In this document: positions 20,671 to 30,702 of the stretch, in pieces
How the letters are laid out: the number at the start of each line of letters is the position of its first letter
Position numbering within the stretch: position 1 is the first letter of the stretch
Assembly: GCA_963518285.1 (NCBI GenBank)
Contig: CAUQIJ010000008.1
Coordinates: forward strand, 125,269 to 189,268
Direction of reading: 5' to 3'
Length of the DNA stretch: 64,000 bases
Origin: an uncultured Pseudomonas sp.
GTDB lineage: Bacteria > Pseudomonadota > Gammaproteobacteria > Pseudomonadales > Pseudomonadaceae
Position numbers and translations under genes: made by a program
The notes under the pieces: generated by a model
Told to the model about the DNA's origin: nothing
Seen by the model: only the letters and a program-made list of their open reading frames with translations
The model's database searches: none

Positions 20671-21156
20671 TCATTGGCCAGCGGTAGGTTGCTCGCCTTT
20701 GAGCCACTTCTTCTCAAGGTCGGCCAGTCGGCCGTCGTCCTTGATCCGCTGCAGGGCGTTGTTCACTGCGCTCTCGAAGGCTGGGTTGTCTTTCTGGAAT
20801 GGGATCACCAGCTTGTCGCTGCCGAAGGGCTGGCTGACATCCAGTGCCGCGTCGACCTTCTGCGCGGCCCGCAGCTGGCTCAGGGCAATGTCGATCTTGC
20901 CGCTTTCGACTTCGGGCAATACCTGGTCGGCGGGGGTTTCGATGAATGCGGCGCGCAGGTCCAGCTCTTTGGCCAAGGCCTGACCCAGCTCGACATCGAA
21001 GCCCGCCAGGTGTTCTTCCTGCTTGAAGGCATAAGGCGGTGTATCGGCTTGCACGGCAATGCGCAGTTCGCCCCGGTCGTTGATTTCGTCTATCAGCTCG
21101 GCCTGGGCCAACGGACTGATCAGTACTGTCAGCAGTACGCCAATGGTCAAACGCAT
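20671..21156 (-). CDS. Short family-3 substrate-binding-domain protein
   Basis: Signal peptide, GELRIA..PPY..GFDVELG, C-terminal VNNAL..IKDDG.L..LEKKW; only 161 aa. Confidence 0.75.
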   Translation of the reverse strand: MRLTIGVLLTVLISPLAQAELIDEINDRGELRIAVQADTPPYAFKQEEHLAGFDVELGQALAKELDLRAAFIETPADQVLPEVESGKIDIALSQLRAAQKVDAALDVSQPFGSDKLVIPFQKDNPAFESAVNNALQRIKDDGRLADLEKKWLKGEQPTAGQ

Positions 21157-21381
21157 GAGTATCCCTTCTTGTTCAGCAGGTGAATTTCATTCGCCGCGGC
21201 TTTATTTGTGGTGGCGGTCGAACGCTGGCTATGACCGTGGGTCTCTCCTAATGTTTAAACCGCTGATAAATTATTTATGACAGCGGGCCCAGACACCTCG
21301 GGCCACATTTGGACTATGTTGATGCTCCGCTGCCGTTCGTTACCTGGCGGCGGTCAATGAAGTGAATCACAGGAGAAGTGA

Positions 21382-21858
21382 ATGAACAGCCTATTTTCGC
21401 GTGCTGCCGTTGCCGGTCTGCTCATGGGGGCGTCGGTACTCGCCAGTGCGGCGGATGCCCTGCAAAGCCAGGAGCCACCGAAGGATGCCAAGGTCTTCAT
21501 TGTTTCCCCGGCCGATGGTGCCACGGTCGACAAGACCTTCACGGTCAAATTTGCCATCGAAGGCATGGCGCTGAAACCCGCTGGCGACCAGACCCCGCAC
21601 AGCGGCCACCACCACTTGCTGGTGGATGTCGACAAGCAGCCGTTGAGCGATACACCACTGCCGACCAGCCTGATGCCAGAGAACAATGCGCCGCTGCCGG
21701 CTGGGCCGCAGGTGCTGCATTTTGGCAAGGCGCAGACCGAAGCGACCATCACCCTGACACCGGGCAAGCACACCCTGCAGCTGGTGCTGGGTGACAAGTA
21801 TCACGTGCCGTTCAAGCCTAGCGTTGAATCGCAGAAGATTACCGTTACCGTTAAGTGA
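21382..21858 (+). CDS. DUF4399-domain exported protein
   Basis: Signal peptide, SGHHHLLVD, HFGKAQTE, PGKHTLQL. Confidence 0.85.
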   Translation: MNSLFSRAAVAGLLMGASVLASAADALQSQEPPKDAKVFIVSPADGATVDKTFTVKFAIEGMALKPAGDQTPHSGHHHLLVDVDKQPLSDTPLPTSLMPENNAPLPAGPQVLHFGKAQTEATITLTPGKHTLQLVLGDKYHVPFKPSVESQKITVTVK

Positions 21859-21866
21859 CAGTAATT

Positions 21867-21972
21867 GGGGCCGCGTTGCGGCCCAATCGCGACACAAGGC
21901 CGCTCCTACAGGCGTTACGCAATCTCCTGTAGGAGCGGCCTTGTGTCGCGAAAAGGGCTGCAAAGCAGCCCC
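21867..21972. repeat. Intact REP doublet (REPIN, GTAG family)
   Basis: Inverted pair TCGCGACACAAGGCCGCTCCTACAGG / CCTGTAGGAGCGGCCTTGTGTCGCGA between convergent genes. Confidence 0.92.
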
Positions 21973-21996
21973 AATAATCTCAGCCAGCAATCAAGC

Positions 21997-23226
21997 TCAG
22001 AACAGTACGCGCGAGCGGATAGTGCCCTTGACGTGCTGCAGTTTTTCCTGAGCCAGGTCCGAGTACTCGGCATCGACGTCGATCACTACGTAACCGACTT
22101 TCTCGTCGGTCTGCAGGAACTGACCGGAGATGTTGATCCCGTTTTCGGCAAAGACCTTGTTGATCTCGCTGAGCACGCCCGGGATGTTTTCGTGGATGTG
22201 CAGCAGGCGGTGCTTGCCTGGGTGGGCTGGCAGGGCCACTTCCGGGAAGTTGACCGACGACACCGAAGTACCGTTGTCGCTGTACTTGACCAGCTTCTCG
22301 GCGACTTCCAGGCCAATGTTGGCCTGCGCTTCGGCAGTCGAACCGCCGATGTGCGGGGTCAGGATGACGTTGTCCAGGCCACGCAGCGGGCTTTCGAACT
22401 CGTCATCGTTGGAGCGCGGTTCGACCGGGAACACGTCGATGGCGGCGCCGATCAGGTGCTTGTCCTTGATCGCGTTGGCCAGGCTTTCCAGCTCGACCAC
22501 GGTACCGCGGGCGGCGTTGATCAGGATCGAGCCCTTTTTCATCGCGCGGATTTCTTTCTCGCCGATCATCCACTGGGTAGATGGCAGCTCGGGCACGTGC
22601 AGCGAAACGATGTCGGCCAGGCCCAGCAGTTCGTTGAGGCTAGCCACCTGCGTGGCGTTGCCCAGCGGCAGCTTGGTCAGCGGGTCATAGAAGTACACCT
22701 GCATGCCGACGCTTTCAGCCAGTACCGACAGCTGGGTGCCGATCGAGCCGTAGCCGACGATGCCGAGCTTCTTGCCGCGAATCTCGAACGAGTTGGCCGC
22801 GCTCTTGATCCAGCCGCCACGGTGGCAGGCTGCGTTTTTCTCGGGGATGCCGCGCAGCAGCAGGATCGCTTCGGCCAGGACCAGCTCGGCCACCGAACGG
22901 GTGTTCGAGTACGGCGCGTTGAACACGGCGATGCCGCGCTCGCGAGCAGCGCCGAGGTCGACCTGGTTGGTGCCGATGCAGAAACAACCTACCGCCACCA
23001 GCTTCTTCGCGCAGTCGAAGATTTCTTCGGTCAGTTGGGTCCGCGAGCGGATACCAATGAAGTGCGCGTCGGCGATCTTTTCCTTGAGCTCGGCTTCGGG
23101 TACTGAACCGGTCAGGTACTCGATGTTGGTGTAGCCGGCAGCCTTGAGGGTATCGACCGCGTTCTGGTGCACACCTTCAAGAAGAAGGAACCGGATCTTG
23201 CTCTTGTCGAGAGAAGTCTTGCTCAT
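21997..23226 (-). CDS. serA: D-3-phosphoglycerate dehydrogenase
   Basis: GIRSRT, FCIGTNQVD, GYGSIG, TPHIGGST, C-terminal ACT domain. Confidence 0.97.
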   Translation of the reverse strand: MSKTSLDKSKIRFLLLEGVHQNAVDTLKAAGYTNIEYLTGSVPEAELKEKIADAHFIGIRSRTQLTEEIFDCAKKLVAVGCFCIGTNQVDLGAARERGIAVFNAPYSNTRSVAELVLAEAILLLRGIPEKNAACHRGGWIKSAANSFEIRGKKLGIVGYGSIGTQLSVLAESVGMQVYFYDPLTKLPLGNATQVASLNELLGLADIVSLHVPELPSTQWMIGEKEIRAMKKGSILINAARGTVVELESLANAIKDKHLIGAAIDVFPVEPRSNDDEFESPLRGLDNVILTPHIGGSTAEAQANIGLEVAEKLVKYSDNGTSVSSVNFPEVALPAHPGKHRLLHIHENIPGVLSEINKVFAENGINISGQFLQTDEKVGYVVIDVDAEYSDLAQEKLQHVKGTIRSRVLF

Positions 23227-23396
23227 CTGCGTAAACCTGTATCCCGGAGAAATAATGGCGAGGAGGTGAAGCGGCGCGGCGTCGGCCTTAGCACGAACAG
23301 CGGGAGGGCTATGCTAGCATACGCGACACAATCTGAGCTCCCACCGACAGGTGAAGAGTGCTCAGGGTGACTATGAATAAGTCGAGAGTTCCGGCG

Positions 23397-24794
23397 ATGA
23401 CCCACCCTGCGGTAATTGAAGAGCTGCTGACCTTGGTCGACCCTGGCAAGGTGCTTACCGACCCTGCTTCGCTTGAGGCCTACGGCAAGGACTGGACCAA
23501 ACATTACCCGCCCGCGCCAAGCGCGATTGTGCTGCCCAAGACCATCGAACAAGTGCAGGCCATCGTCGCCTGGGCCAATCGCCATCAAGTGGCGCTGGTG
23601 CCCTCCGGTGGTCGCACGGGCCTGTCCGCCGGGGCCGTGGCCGCCAACGGTGAAGTGGTGGTGGCGTTCGACGCCATGAACCAGGTGCTCGCCTTCAATG
23701 AGTTTGACCGCACGGTGGTCTGCCAGCCTGGCGTGATCACTCGCCAGTTGCAGCAGTTGGCCGAAGAGCACGGCCTGTATTACCCGGTCGACTTTGCTTC
23801 GTCGGGCTCCAGCCAGATTGGCGGCAACATCGGCACCAATGCCGGTGGGATCAAGGTGATTCGCTATGGCATGACCCGCAACTGGGTGGCCGGCATCAAG
23901 GTCGTCACCGGCAAGGGCGAGCTGCTCGAGCTGAACAAGGACCTGATCAAGAACGCCACCGGCTATGACCTGCGCCAGCTGTTCATCGGCGCCGAGGGCA
24001 CCCTGGGGTTTGTCGTCGAGGCGACCATGCGCCTGGATCGGGCGCCACGCAACCTCACCGCGATGGTCCTTGGCACCGCTGATTTCGACTCGATCATGCC
24101 GGTGCTGCACGCGTTTCAGGGCCGGCTGGACCTGACCGCTTTCGAGTTCTTCTCCGACAAGGCGCTGGCCAAGGTCATGGGTCGCGGCGATGTCCCGCCG
24201 CCGTTCGCCACCGCCTGCCCGTTCTATGCATTGCTGGAGTTCGAAGCCAGCAACGAGGATGTGGCCAATGACGCCCTTGCCACCTTCGAGCACTGCGTCG
24301 AGCAGGGTTGGGTGCTGGATGGGGTGATGAGCCAGAGCGAGACCCAGCTGAAAAACCTGTGGAAGCTGCGCGAGTACATCTCCGAAACCATCTCGCACTG
24401 GACGCCGTACAAGAACGATATCTCGGTCACGGTCTCCAAGGTGCCGGCCTTCCTGCGCGAGATCGATGCCGTCGTTGGCGAGCACTACCCGGACTATGAA
24501 GTGGTCTGGTATGGCCATATCGGCGACGGCAACCTGCACCTGAACATCCTCAAGCCCGCTGACATGAGCAAGGATGACTTCTTTGCTTCCTGCGCCAGGG
24601 TCAACAAGTGGGTGTTCGAGATCGTTCAGCGCTACAACGGCTCGATCTCGGCCGAGCATGGCGTTGGCATGACCAAACGTGACTACCTCGGTTACAGCCG
24701 CTCAGCGGAAGAAATCGCCTGCATGAAGGCAATCAAGGCCGTTTTCGACCCTAACGGCATCATGAATCCGGGTAAGATCTTCGCTCCTGAATAA
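23397..24794 (+). CDS. FAD-binding D-2-hydroxyglutarate dehydrogenase
   Basis: PSGGRTGL, GAEGTLG, GHIGDGNLH, SAEHGVG, DPNGIMNPGK; divergent from serA. Confidence 0.88.
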   Translation: MTHPAVIEELLTLVDPGKVLTDPASLEAYGKDWTKHYPPAPSAIVLPKTIEQVQAIVAWANRHQVALVPSGGRTGLSAGAVAANGEVVVAFDAMNQVLAFNEFDRTVVCQPGVITRQLQQLAEEHGLYYPVDFASSGSSQIGGNIGTNAGGIKVIRYGMTRNWVAGIKVVTGKGELLELNKDLIKNATGYDLRQLFIGAEGTLGFVVEATMRLDRAPRNLTAMVLGTADFDSIMPVLHAFQGRLDLTAFEFFSDKALAKVMGRGDVPPPFATACPFYALLEFEASNEDVANDALATFEHCVEQGWVLDGVMSQSETQLKNLWKLREYISETISHWTPYKNDISVTVSKVPAFLREIDAVVGEHYPDYEVVWYGHIGDGNLHLNILKPADMSKDDFFASCARVNKWVFEIVQRYNGSISAEHGVGMTKRDYLGYSRSAEEIACMKAIKAVFDPNGIMNPGKIFAPE

Positions 24795-24819
24795 AAGCAG
24801 CCAGCACAAGGAATCGGCC

Positions 24820-25485
24820 ATGAGTTACCAGCACCAGTACGTAGACGGCACGCGCATCCACTTCCCGCTGGGCAAAGTGGTCTGCATTGGGCGCAATTAT
24901 GCCGAGCACGCCAAGGAACTGGACAACCCCATCCCGAGCGAGCCACTGCTGTTCATCAAGCCTGGCAGCTGCGTGGTCCCGCTGGCAGGCGGCTTCAAGA
25001 TCCCGAGCGATCGTGGTGCGGTGCACTATGAAGCCGAAATCGCCGTGCTGCTGGGCAAGTCCCTTTCGGCCAAGCCTTCGGTAGAAGAAGTGCTCGACGC
25101 CATCTCCGGCTTCGCTCCGGCGCTGGACCTGACCCTGCGTGACGTGCAGGCCAAACTCAAGGAAAAGGGCCTGCCGTGGGAGCTGAGCAAGAGCTTCGAT
25201 GGCGCCTGCGTACTGCCGCCGTTCGTGGCCGCCAGCACATTTGCCGACCTCACCGACATCCCGGTACGCCTGACCATCAATGGTGCCGTGCGTCAGGACG
25301 GCAGCAGCGCGCTGATGCTCAACCCGATCGTGCCGATGATCCAGCACATGGCCGCGCAGTTTTCGTTGCAGGCTGGTGATGTGATTCTGACTGGCACTCC
25401 GGCTGGGGTTGGCCCGTTTGAAGCCGGTGATGAGCTGGTGCTGGAGTTGCCTGGGGTTTGCCGGTTTGAGAGCAAGGTGCTCTGA
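24820..25485 (+). CDS. Fumarylacetoacetate hydrolase-family protein (YcgM/FAHD1-like)
   Basis: KVVCIGRNYAEH, HYEAE, DLTLRD, GDVILTGTP. Confidence 0.9.
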   Translation: MSYQHQYVDGTRIHFPLGKVVCIGRNYAEHAKELDNPIPSEPLLFIKPGSCVVPLAGGFKIPSDRGAVHYEAEIAVLLGKSLSAKPSVEEVLDAISGFAPALDLTLRDVQAKLKEKGLPWELSKSFDGACVLPPFVAASTFADLTDIPVRLTINGAVRQDGSSALMLNPIVPMIQHMAAQFSLQAGDVILTGTPAGVGPFEAGDELVLELPGVCRFESKVL

Positions 25486-25500
25486 GCATTCGATAATGCC

Positions 25501-25636
25501 GGGGGGCGCTTTGCGCCCCTTTCGCGACACAAGGCCGCTCCTACAGAAGAGCCGCAAGGCTTACTAGCGCCGCTGTCTGTAGGAGCGGCCTTGCCGGGGC
25601 GCCGGACCGGTCGGAAAGGGCTGCAAAGCAGCCCCC
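25501..25636. repeat. REP doublet (REPIN) with a variant right arm
   Basis: TCGCGACACAAGGCCGCTCCTACAG ... CTGTAGGAGCGGCCTTG; right arm has CCGGGGCGCCGGACCGGTCGG in place of TGTCGCG. Confidence 0.88.
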
Positions 25637-25661
25637 GACGCACTCAACCCAAACGCAATGC

Positions 25662-25677
25662 TTGTCATTTTTTTCAC
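25662..25677 (+). promoter_or_regulatory. ColR-box-like site
   Basis: TTGTCATTTTTTTCAC fits the ColR consensus YYNASNNYTTTTTSAC (recalled from memory) with one mismatch; -10-like GATAAT at 25688-25693. Confidence 0.6.
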
Positions 25678-25758
25678 AAACGATCTGGATAATGCGGCTT
25701 CCCGAAAGCCCATCTGCCACAGGCAAGCCCTGCTCGGCGGCCTCAGGAATCTCCTGCC

Positions 25759-26682
25759 ATGATGTCATCCAGCGCTTCAATTCCACCGTCCCGCAAGCGC
25801 CGCCTGTTCCTGCGCTGGCCTTTTTTGCTGGGTGTCGCGGCGGTGATCGGCTATGGCGTGGTGTTCGCCATGCACTGGGATGATCGTGGCCTGCTCTGGA
25901 TCAAAGAGCGCTTCGAGAGCAAATTCGAGCGCAGCGAAAGCATCTGGCTGCCCGATTACACGGCCGACATCGATGCCAAGGTGCTGCCCGGCATGAACGA
26001 TGACGAAGCCTCGGACCTCGCCTACAACCCCCGGACCAAAACCCTGTTTGCGGTGATGGGCAAGAACCCGTTTCTGGTCGAGCTGACGCTGGACGGTGAC
26101 GTTCTGCGCAAGATGCCTTTGCATGGCTGGTCGAACCCGGAAGGCGTGGCGGTGCTTGAAGGTGACCAGCTCGCCATCGTCGATGAGCGCAGCCACGATC
26201 TCACCTTGGTTACGGTCGGGCCGGACACCCGCGAACTGAATCGCAAGGATTTTCACAGCTACGATCTGGGCGAGTCGGCTGATAGCAACAAGGGCTTCGA
26301 AGCCGTCGCCTGGGACCCGCTGCGTCAGCGGCTGTTGATCGGCGAGGAGCGCCCGCCGCGCTTGTTCACCTGGGCTACCGATGGCCGCAGCCCGCTGACC
26401 GGAGCCAAGCAGCCGGTGCCCAGCGATGAACTCGACCTGCGTAACCTGTCGGCCCTGAGCATCGACCCACGTACCGGCCACACCCTGCTGCTGTCGGCTG
26501 ATTCCAACATGCTGCTGGAGCTGGATGAAACCGGTGAGCAAGTCAGCTTCATGACCTTGCTCGGTGGCTTCAACGGCCTCAAGGACCGTATCCCCCGCGC
26601 CGAAGGCGTGGCCATGGATGAGCACGGCACTTTGTACATCGTCAGCGAGCCAGATCTGTTCTACCGCTTCAAGAAGAAATAA
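25759..26682 (+). CDS. SdiA-regulated (YjiK-like) beta-propeller protein, paralog 1
   Basis: NPEGVA, NKGFEA, DLRNLSAL, RAEGVAMD, VSEPDLFY. Confidence 0.85.
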   Translation: MMSSSASIPPSRKRRLFLRWPFLLGVAAVIGYGVVFAMHWDDRGLLWIKERFESKFERSESIWLPDYTADIDAKVLPGMNDDEASDLAYNPRTKTLFAVMGKNPFLVELTLDGDVLRKMPLHGWSNPEGVAVLEGDQLAIVDERSHDLTLVTVGPDTRELNRKDFHSYDLGESADSNKGFEAVAWDPLRQRLLIGEERPPRLFTWATDGRSPLTGAKQPVPSDELDLRNLSALSIDPRTGHTLLLSADSNMLLELDETGEQVSFMTLLGGFNGLKDRIPRAEGVAMDEHGTLYIVSEPDLFYRFKKK

Positions 26683-26702
26683 CGTCAGCGGCAATGATGG
26701 CA

Positions 26703-26718
26703 TTAAGCTTGTCTTCAG
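26703..26718 (+). promoter_or_regulatory. BqsR/CarR (PmrA-type) direct-repeat box
   Basis: TTAAG-N6-TTCAG about 45 nt upstream of the start codon. Confidence 0.5.
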
Positions 26719-26762
26719 CTGATCGTGATTAGCTTCGCCTTCCATTCACCGAGTTTGCCTCC

Positions 26763-27674
26763 ATGCGCCGTTATCTTCGTTTGCCTGTGCTGTTGCTGCT
26801 GTCTGCTGTTGTCGTGTTACTGGTGATCGGCGTGAAGAGTTATGAATCGCGACTGTTCGAGCGCGGTTGGTTCAACCTCAAGACCTGGTGGCAGCCGGCC
26901 GAGCAGAGCATCGGCCTGGACCGCTACCAAGTGGTGCTTGAAGGCCAGGTCATCGAAGGCCTGGATGACGATGTATCGGCGCTGACCTTCGACCCTGATC
27001 GTAAAACCCTGTTTACCGTCACCAATAAACGCTCCGAGCTGATCGAGCTGTCGCTGGACGGGCGCATTCTGCGCCGCGTGCCGTTGACCGGTTTCGGTGA
27101 TCCAGAGGCAGTCGAGTACATCGGCCCCAACAGCTACGTGATTACCGACGAGCGCCTGCAACGCTTGATCCGGGTGCGCCTGGATGACAACACGCGCTTT
27201 CTCGACGCCAACGACGCCGAGCAGCTCAGCCTGGGCATCGGCCTGAACGGCAACAAGGGCTTCGAGGGGCTGGCCTACGACTCGGCTGGCAAGCGCCTGT
27301 TCGTGGCCAAGGAGCGCGACCCGATGGTGATCTACGAAGTGCGCGGCTTCCCCCACGATGATCCCGAGCAGCCTTATTCAGTACAGGTCGACCAGGACCG
27401 CAAGCGCGATTCGCGGTTGTTCGTGAAGGACTTGTCGAGCCTGCAGTTCGATGAGCGCAGCGGCCATCTGCTGGCGCTGTCGGACGAATCACGGCTGGTG
27501 GTGGAGCTGGATGTGAAGGGCAAGCCGCTGAGTACGCTGTCGCTGCGCAAGGGTTCGCAAGGCCTGCAGAAGACCGTGCCGCAGGCGGAGGGGATTGCCA
27601 TGGATGACGCCGGTACGATCTATCTGGTCAGCGAGCCGAACCTGTTCTACGTGTTCAAGCAGCCAGCTGACTGA
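26763..27674 (+). CDS. SdiA-regulated (YjiK/CarP-like) beta-propeller protein, paralog 2
   Basis: DPEAVE, NKGFEGLA, DLSSL, QAEGIAMD, VSEPNLFY. Confidence 0.85.
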   Translation: MRRYLRLPVLLLLSAVVVLLVIGVKSYESRLFERGWFNLKTWWQPAEQSIGLDRYQVVLEGQVIEGLDDDVSALTFDPDRKTLFTVTNKRSELIELSLDGRILRRVPLTGFGDPEAVEYIGPNSYVITDERLQRLIRVRLDDNTRFLDANDAEQLSLGIGLNGNKGFEGLAYDSAGKRLFVAKERDPMVIYEVRGFPHDDPEQPYSVQVDQDRKRDSRLFVKDLSSLQFDERSGHLLALSDESRLVVELDVKGKPLSTLSLRKGSQGLQKTVPQAEGIAMDDAGTIYLVSEPNLFYVFKQPAD

Positions 27675-27682
27675 TACCCGCA

Positions 27683-27714
27683 GCCCGCGGCCACCCTGAA
27701 CAGGGGCCGCGGGC
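27683..27714. terminator. Stem-loop between convergent genes
   Basis: GCCCGCGGCC...GGCCGCGGGC. Confidence 0.6.
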
Positions 27715-27724
27715 GCGTCACTGT

Positions 27725-28399
27725 TTACTCGGCCGTGAGGGTCTTGACCCCTTCGGCGGTGCCGAGCAGCAGCACATCAGCTGGACGCGCGGCGAACAGG
27801 CCGTTGGTGACCACGCCGACGATGGCGTTGATCTGCCGCTCGAGCTCGACCGGGTTGGTGATCTGCATGTTGTGCACATCCAGAATCACGTTGCCGTTAT
27901 CGGTCAGCACGCCTTCGCGGTAGACCGGGTCGCCGCCCAGCTTGACCAGCTCGCGGGCAACGTGGCTGCGCGCCATCGGGATCACCTCGACCGGCAACGG
28001 GAATTCGCCCAGTACCGGCACCAGCTTGCTGCCGTCGGCGATGCAGATAAAGGTCTTGGCCACGGCGGCGACGATCTTCTCGCGGGTCAGTGCGGCACCG
28101 CCGCCCTTGATCAGGTTCAGGTGCGCGTCGCTCTCGTCGGCGCCGTCCACGTAGAACTCAAGCTCGCTGACGCTGTTCAGCTCGTACACCGGGATGCCGT
28201 GGCCCTTGAGGCGCTGGGCAGTGGCCTCGGAGCTGGCGACCGCGCCATCGAAGGCGCCTTTGTGCTGAGCCAGGGCGTCGATGAAGAAGTTGGCAGTCGA
28301 ACCGGTGCCGACGCCAACGACGCTCTTGTCGTCCAGCTTGGGCAGAATGAGATCGACAGCGGCCTGGGCGACGGCCTGTTTCAGTTGGTCCTGGGTCAT
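27725..28399 (-). CDS. rpiA: Ribose-5-phosphate isomerase A
   Basis: [23 protein letters not shown]; start MTQDQLK. Confidence 0.97.
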   Translation of the reverse strand: MTQDQLKQAVAQAAVDLILPKLDDKSVVGVGTGSTANFFIDALAQHKGAFDGAVASSEATAQRLKGHGIPVYELNSVSELEFYVDGADESDAHLNLIKGGGAALTREKIVAAVAKTFICIADGSKLVPVLGEFPLPVEVIPMARSHVARELVKLGGDPVYREGVLTDNGNVILDVHNMQITNPVELERQINAIVGVVTNGLFAARPADVLLLGTAEGVKTLTAE

Positions 28400-28544
28400 G
28401 CGGGCTCCGAGTGGGGCTGGGGAGTTTCGAGAGGCGCACAGTATAGCGGCAAGTGCCGGCAAAACCTCGGCTTTGCTGTGGTCCGCCGACGTGGCGCTGG
28501 GGTAGACTCGCAGGCCTTGTCCCGCGGCCAGTGATGCTTTCCCG

Positions 28545-30059
28545 ATGCTCGAACAGTACGTCAAGATGATCCTCACCTCGCGCGTCTACGACATTGCCGT
28601 CGAAACGCCGCTGCACAGTGCCGGCCAGCTGAGCAAGCGCCTGAACAATCAGGTGCTGCTCAAGCGTGAGGACCTGCAACCGGTGTTCTCGTTCAAGATC
28701 CGCGGGGCCTACAACAAGCTGGCGCAACTGACTGCCGAAGAGCTGGCCCGTGGCGTGGTCACTGCCTCCGCCGGCAACCATGCCCAAGGCCTGGCTCTGG
28801 CGGCGCGCGAGTTGGGCATCAAAGCCACCATCGTGATGCCCAAGACCACCCCGGAAATCAAGATCGAAGGCGTGCGCTCGCGTGGCGGCAAGGTCGTTCT
28901 GCACGGTGACTCGTTCCCCGAGGCGCTGGCCTATTCGCTCAAGCTGGTCGATGAAAAGGGCTTCGTCTATATCCACCCCTACGATGACCCGCACACCATC
29001 GCCGGCCAGGGCACCGTGGCCATGGAAATCCTGCGTCAGCACCCGGGCCGCCTCGACGCGATCTTCGTGCCGGTTGGCGGCGGCGGTTTGATCGCCGGCA
29101 TCGCGGCCTACGTCAAATACCTGCGCCCGGAGATCAAGGTGATCGGCGTCGAGCCGGACGATTCCAACTGCCTGCAGGCAGCCATGGCTGCTGGCGAACG
29201 GGTGGTGTTACCGCAAGTGGGGCTGTTCGCCGATGGCGTGGCGGTGGCGCAGATCGGCCAGCACACCTTTGATATCTGCAAGCTGCACGTGGATGAGGTG
29301 ATCACGGTCAGTACCGATGAAATCTGCGCTGCGATCAAGGACATTTACGACGATACCCGCTCGATCACAGAGCCTGCCGGTGCTTTAGGCGTTGCCGGGA
29401 TCAAGAAGTACGTGGAGATGACCGGCGTCAATGGCCACACCCTGGTCGCCATCGACTCCGGCGCCAACGTCAACTTCGATCGCCTGCGCCATGTCGCCGA
29501 GCGTGCCGAGTTGGGCGAGAAGCGCGAAGCGATCATTGCCGTGACCATCCCCGAGCGGCCAGGCAGCTTCAAGGCCTTCTGCGAGGCCATCGGCAAACGC
29601 CAGATCACCGAATTCAACTACCGCAAGCACACCTCGGACGAGGCGCACATCTTTGTCGGTGTGCAGACCCATCCCGAAACCGATCCGCGCGCCGCGCTGG
29701 TGCAGCAGCTGATCGATCAGGGCTTCCCGGTTACCGACCTGACCGACAACGAGCTGGCCAAGCTGCACATCCGCCATATGGTCGGCGGCCATTCAGCGCG
29801 GGCCCACGACGAGATCGTGCTGCGCTTCGAATTCCCCGAGCGGCCAGGGGCGTTGTTCAACTTCCTGACCAAGCTGGGCGGGCGCTGGAATATCTCGATG
29901 TTCCACTACCGCAATCATGGCGCCGCAGACGGGCGCGTGGTGGCCGGCTTGCAGGTGCCCGAAGACGAGCGCCATCTGGTGCCGGCAGCGTTGGCCAAGA
30001 TCGGCTACCCGTACTGGGATGAAAGCGAAAACCCGGCCTACCGGCTGTTTTTGGGTTGA
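28545..30059 (+). CDS. ilvA: Threonine ammonia-lyase, biosynthetic
   Basis: [15 protein letters not shown], two C-terminal ACT-like PERPG repeats. Confidence 0.97.
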   Translation: MLEQYVKMILTSRVYDIAVETPLHSAGQLSKRLNNQVLLKREDLQPVFSFKIRGAYNKLAQLTAEELARGVVTASAGNHAQGLALAARELGIKATIVMPKTTPEIKIEGVRSRGGKVVLHGDSFPEALAYSLKLVDEKGFVYIHPYDDPHTIAGQGTVAMEILRQHPGRLDAIFVPVGGGGLIAGIAAYVKYLRPEIKVIGVEPDDSNCLQAAMAAGERVVLPQVGLFADGVAVAQIGQHTFDICKLHVDEVITVSTDEICAAIKDIYDDTRSITEPAGALGVAGIKKYVEMTGVNGHTLVAIDSGANVNFDRLRHVAERAELGEKREAIIAVTIPERPGSFKAFCEAIGKRQITEFNYRKHTSDEAHIFVGVQTHPETDPRAALVQQLIDQGFPVTDLTDNELAKLHIRHMVGGHSARAHDEIVLRFEFPERPGALFNFLTKLGGRWNISMFHYRNHGAADGRVVAGLQVPEDERHLVPAALAKIGYPYWDESENPAYRLFLG

Positions 30060-30150
30060 GGGGCTAAGCTAGACCTCGAGAGGCTTCTCGGCGCGGCTCT
30101 GCATCAGCCAGCCGCGCCAGGGCCCGCACGCGCAACCCAAGGATCTGCAC

Positions 30151-30576
30151 ATGGAATACCTGACTACCCTGAAGACCGTGCACGTTGTCGCCACCGTGCT
30201 GCTGCTCGCCTGCGCCCTGGGCCTGGCCATCTACACTTGGCGGCTGCGCCAGCGCAGTGATGCGGCGGTTTATGGCAAGCTGTTGCGGCGCCCGCTGCTG
30301 TTTGTCTGGCTGTTGCTGGGCGTGTGCATGGTGAGCATGCCATTCACTGGCTGGTGGCTGGTGCACCTGGTCGGCTGGCCGCTGGGACAGACCTGGCTGT
30401 TGGCCTCGAGCGTGATCTACACCGTCGGCGCGCTGAGTGTCTGGTGGCTGCTGATCCGCCTCAATCGTTTGCGCCGGGCTGAGCCTGGCAGCCTGCGCCT
30501 GACCTTGGCGCTGGCCGTGTTCAGTGCGGTGTGTTTTGTCTCGATTGCGGGCCTGATGGGCGCCAAACCGGTCTGA
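30151..30576 (+). CDS. DUF2269-family membrane protein
   Basis: Four TM segments, LKTVH, P.TG.WL, LMGAKP end. Confidence 0.75.
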   Translation: MEYLTTLKTVHVVATVLLLACALGLAIYTWRLRQRSDAAVYGKLLRRPLLFVWLLLGVCMVSMPFTGWWLVHLVGWPLGQTWLLASSVIYTVGALSVWWLLIRLNRLRRAEPGSLRLTLALAVFSAVCFVSIAGLMGAKPV

Positions 30577-30702
30577 GGTAGCCCGCGACAACCCCATTTC
30601 ACAGGGAATTTCACCTGTCTGCACATAAGCATGGCGGGCGCGTTGCTGCGCTTGTGAGCTTTGTGGAACAATGCGGCAATATGCGTTTTCGAGGTTGCTG
30701 CC

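Noticed and set aside
21865..21972. ORFs starting in REPs with shared peptides (GPIATQGRSY, VGAALCR) and possible CRISPR-like repeats
   Set aside because: Translations of dispersed REP doublets; no regularly spaced repeat-spacer array and no cas genes
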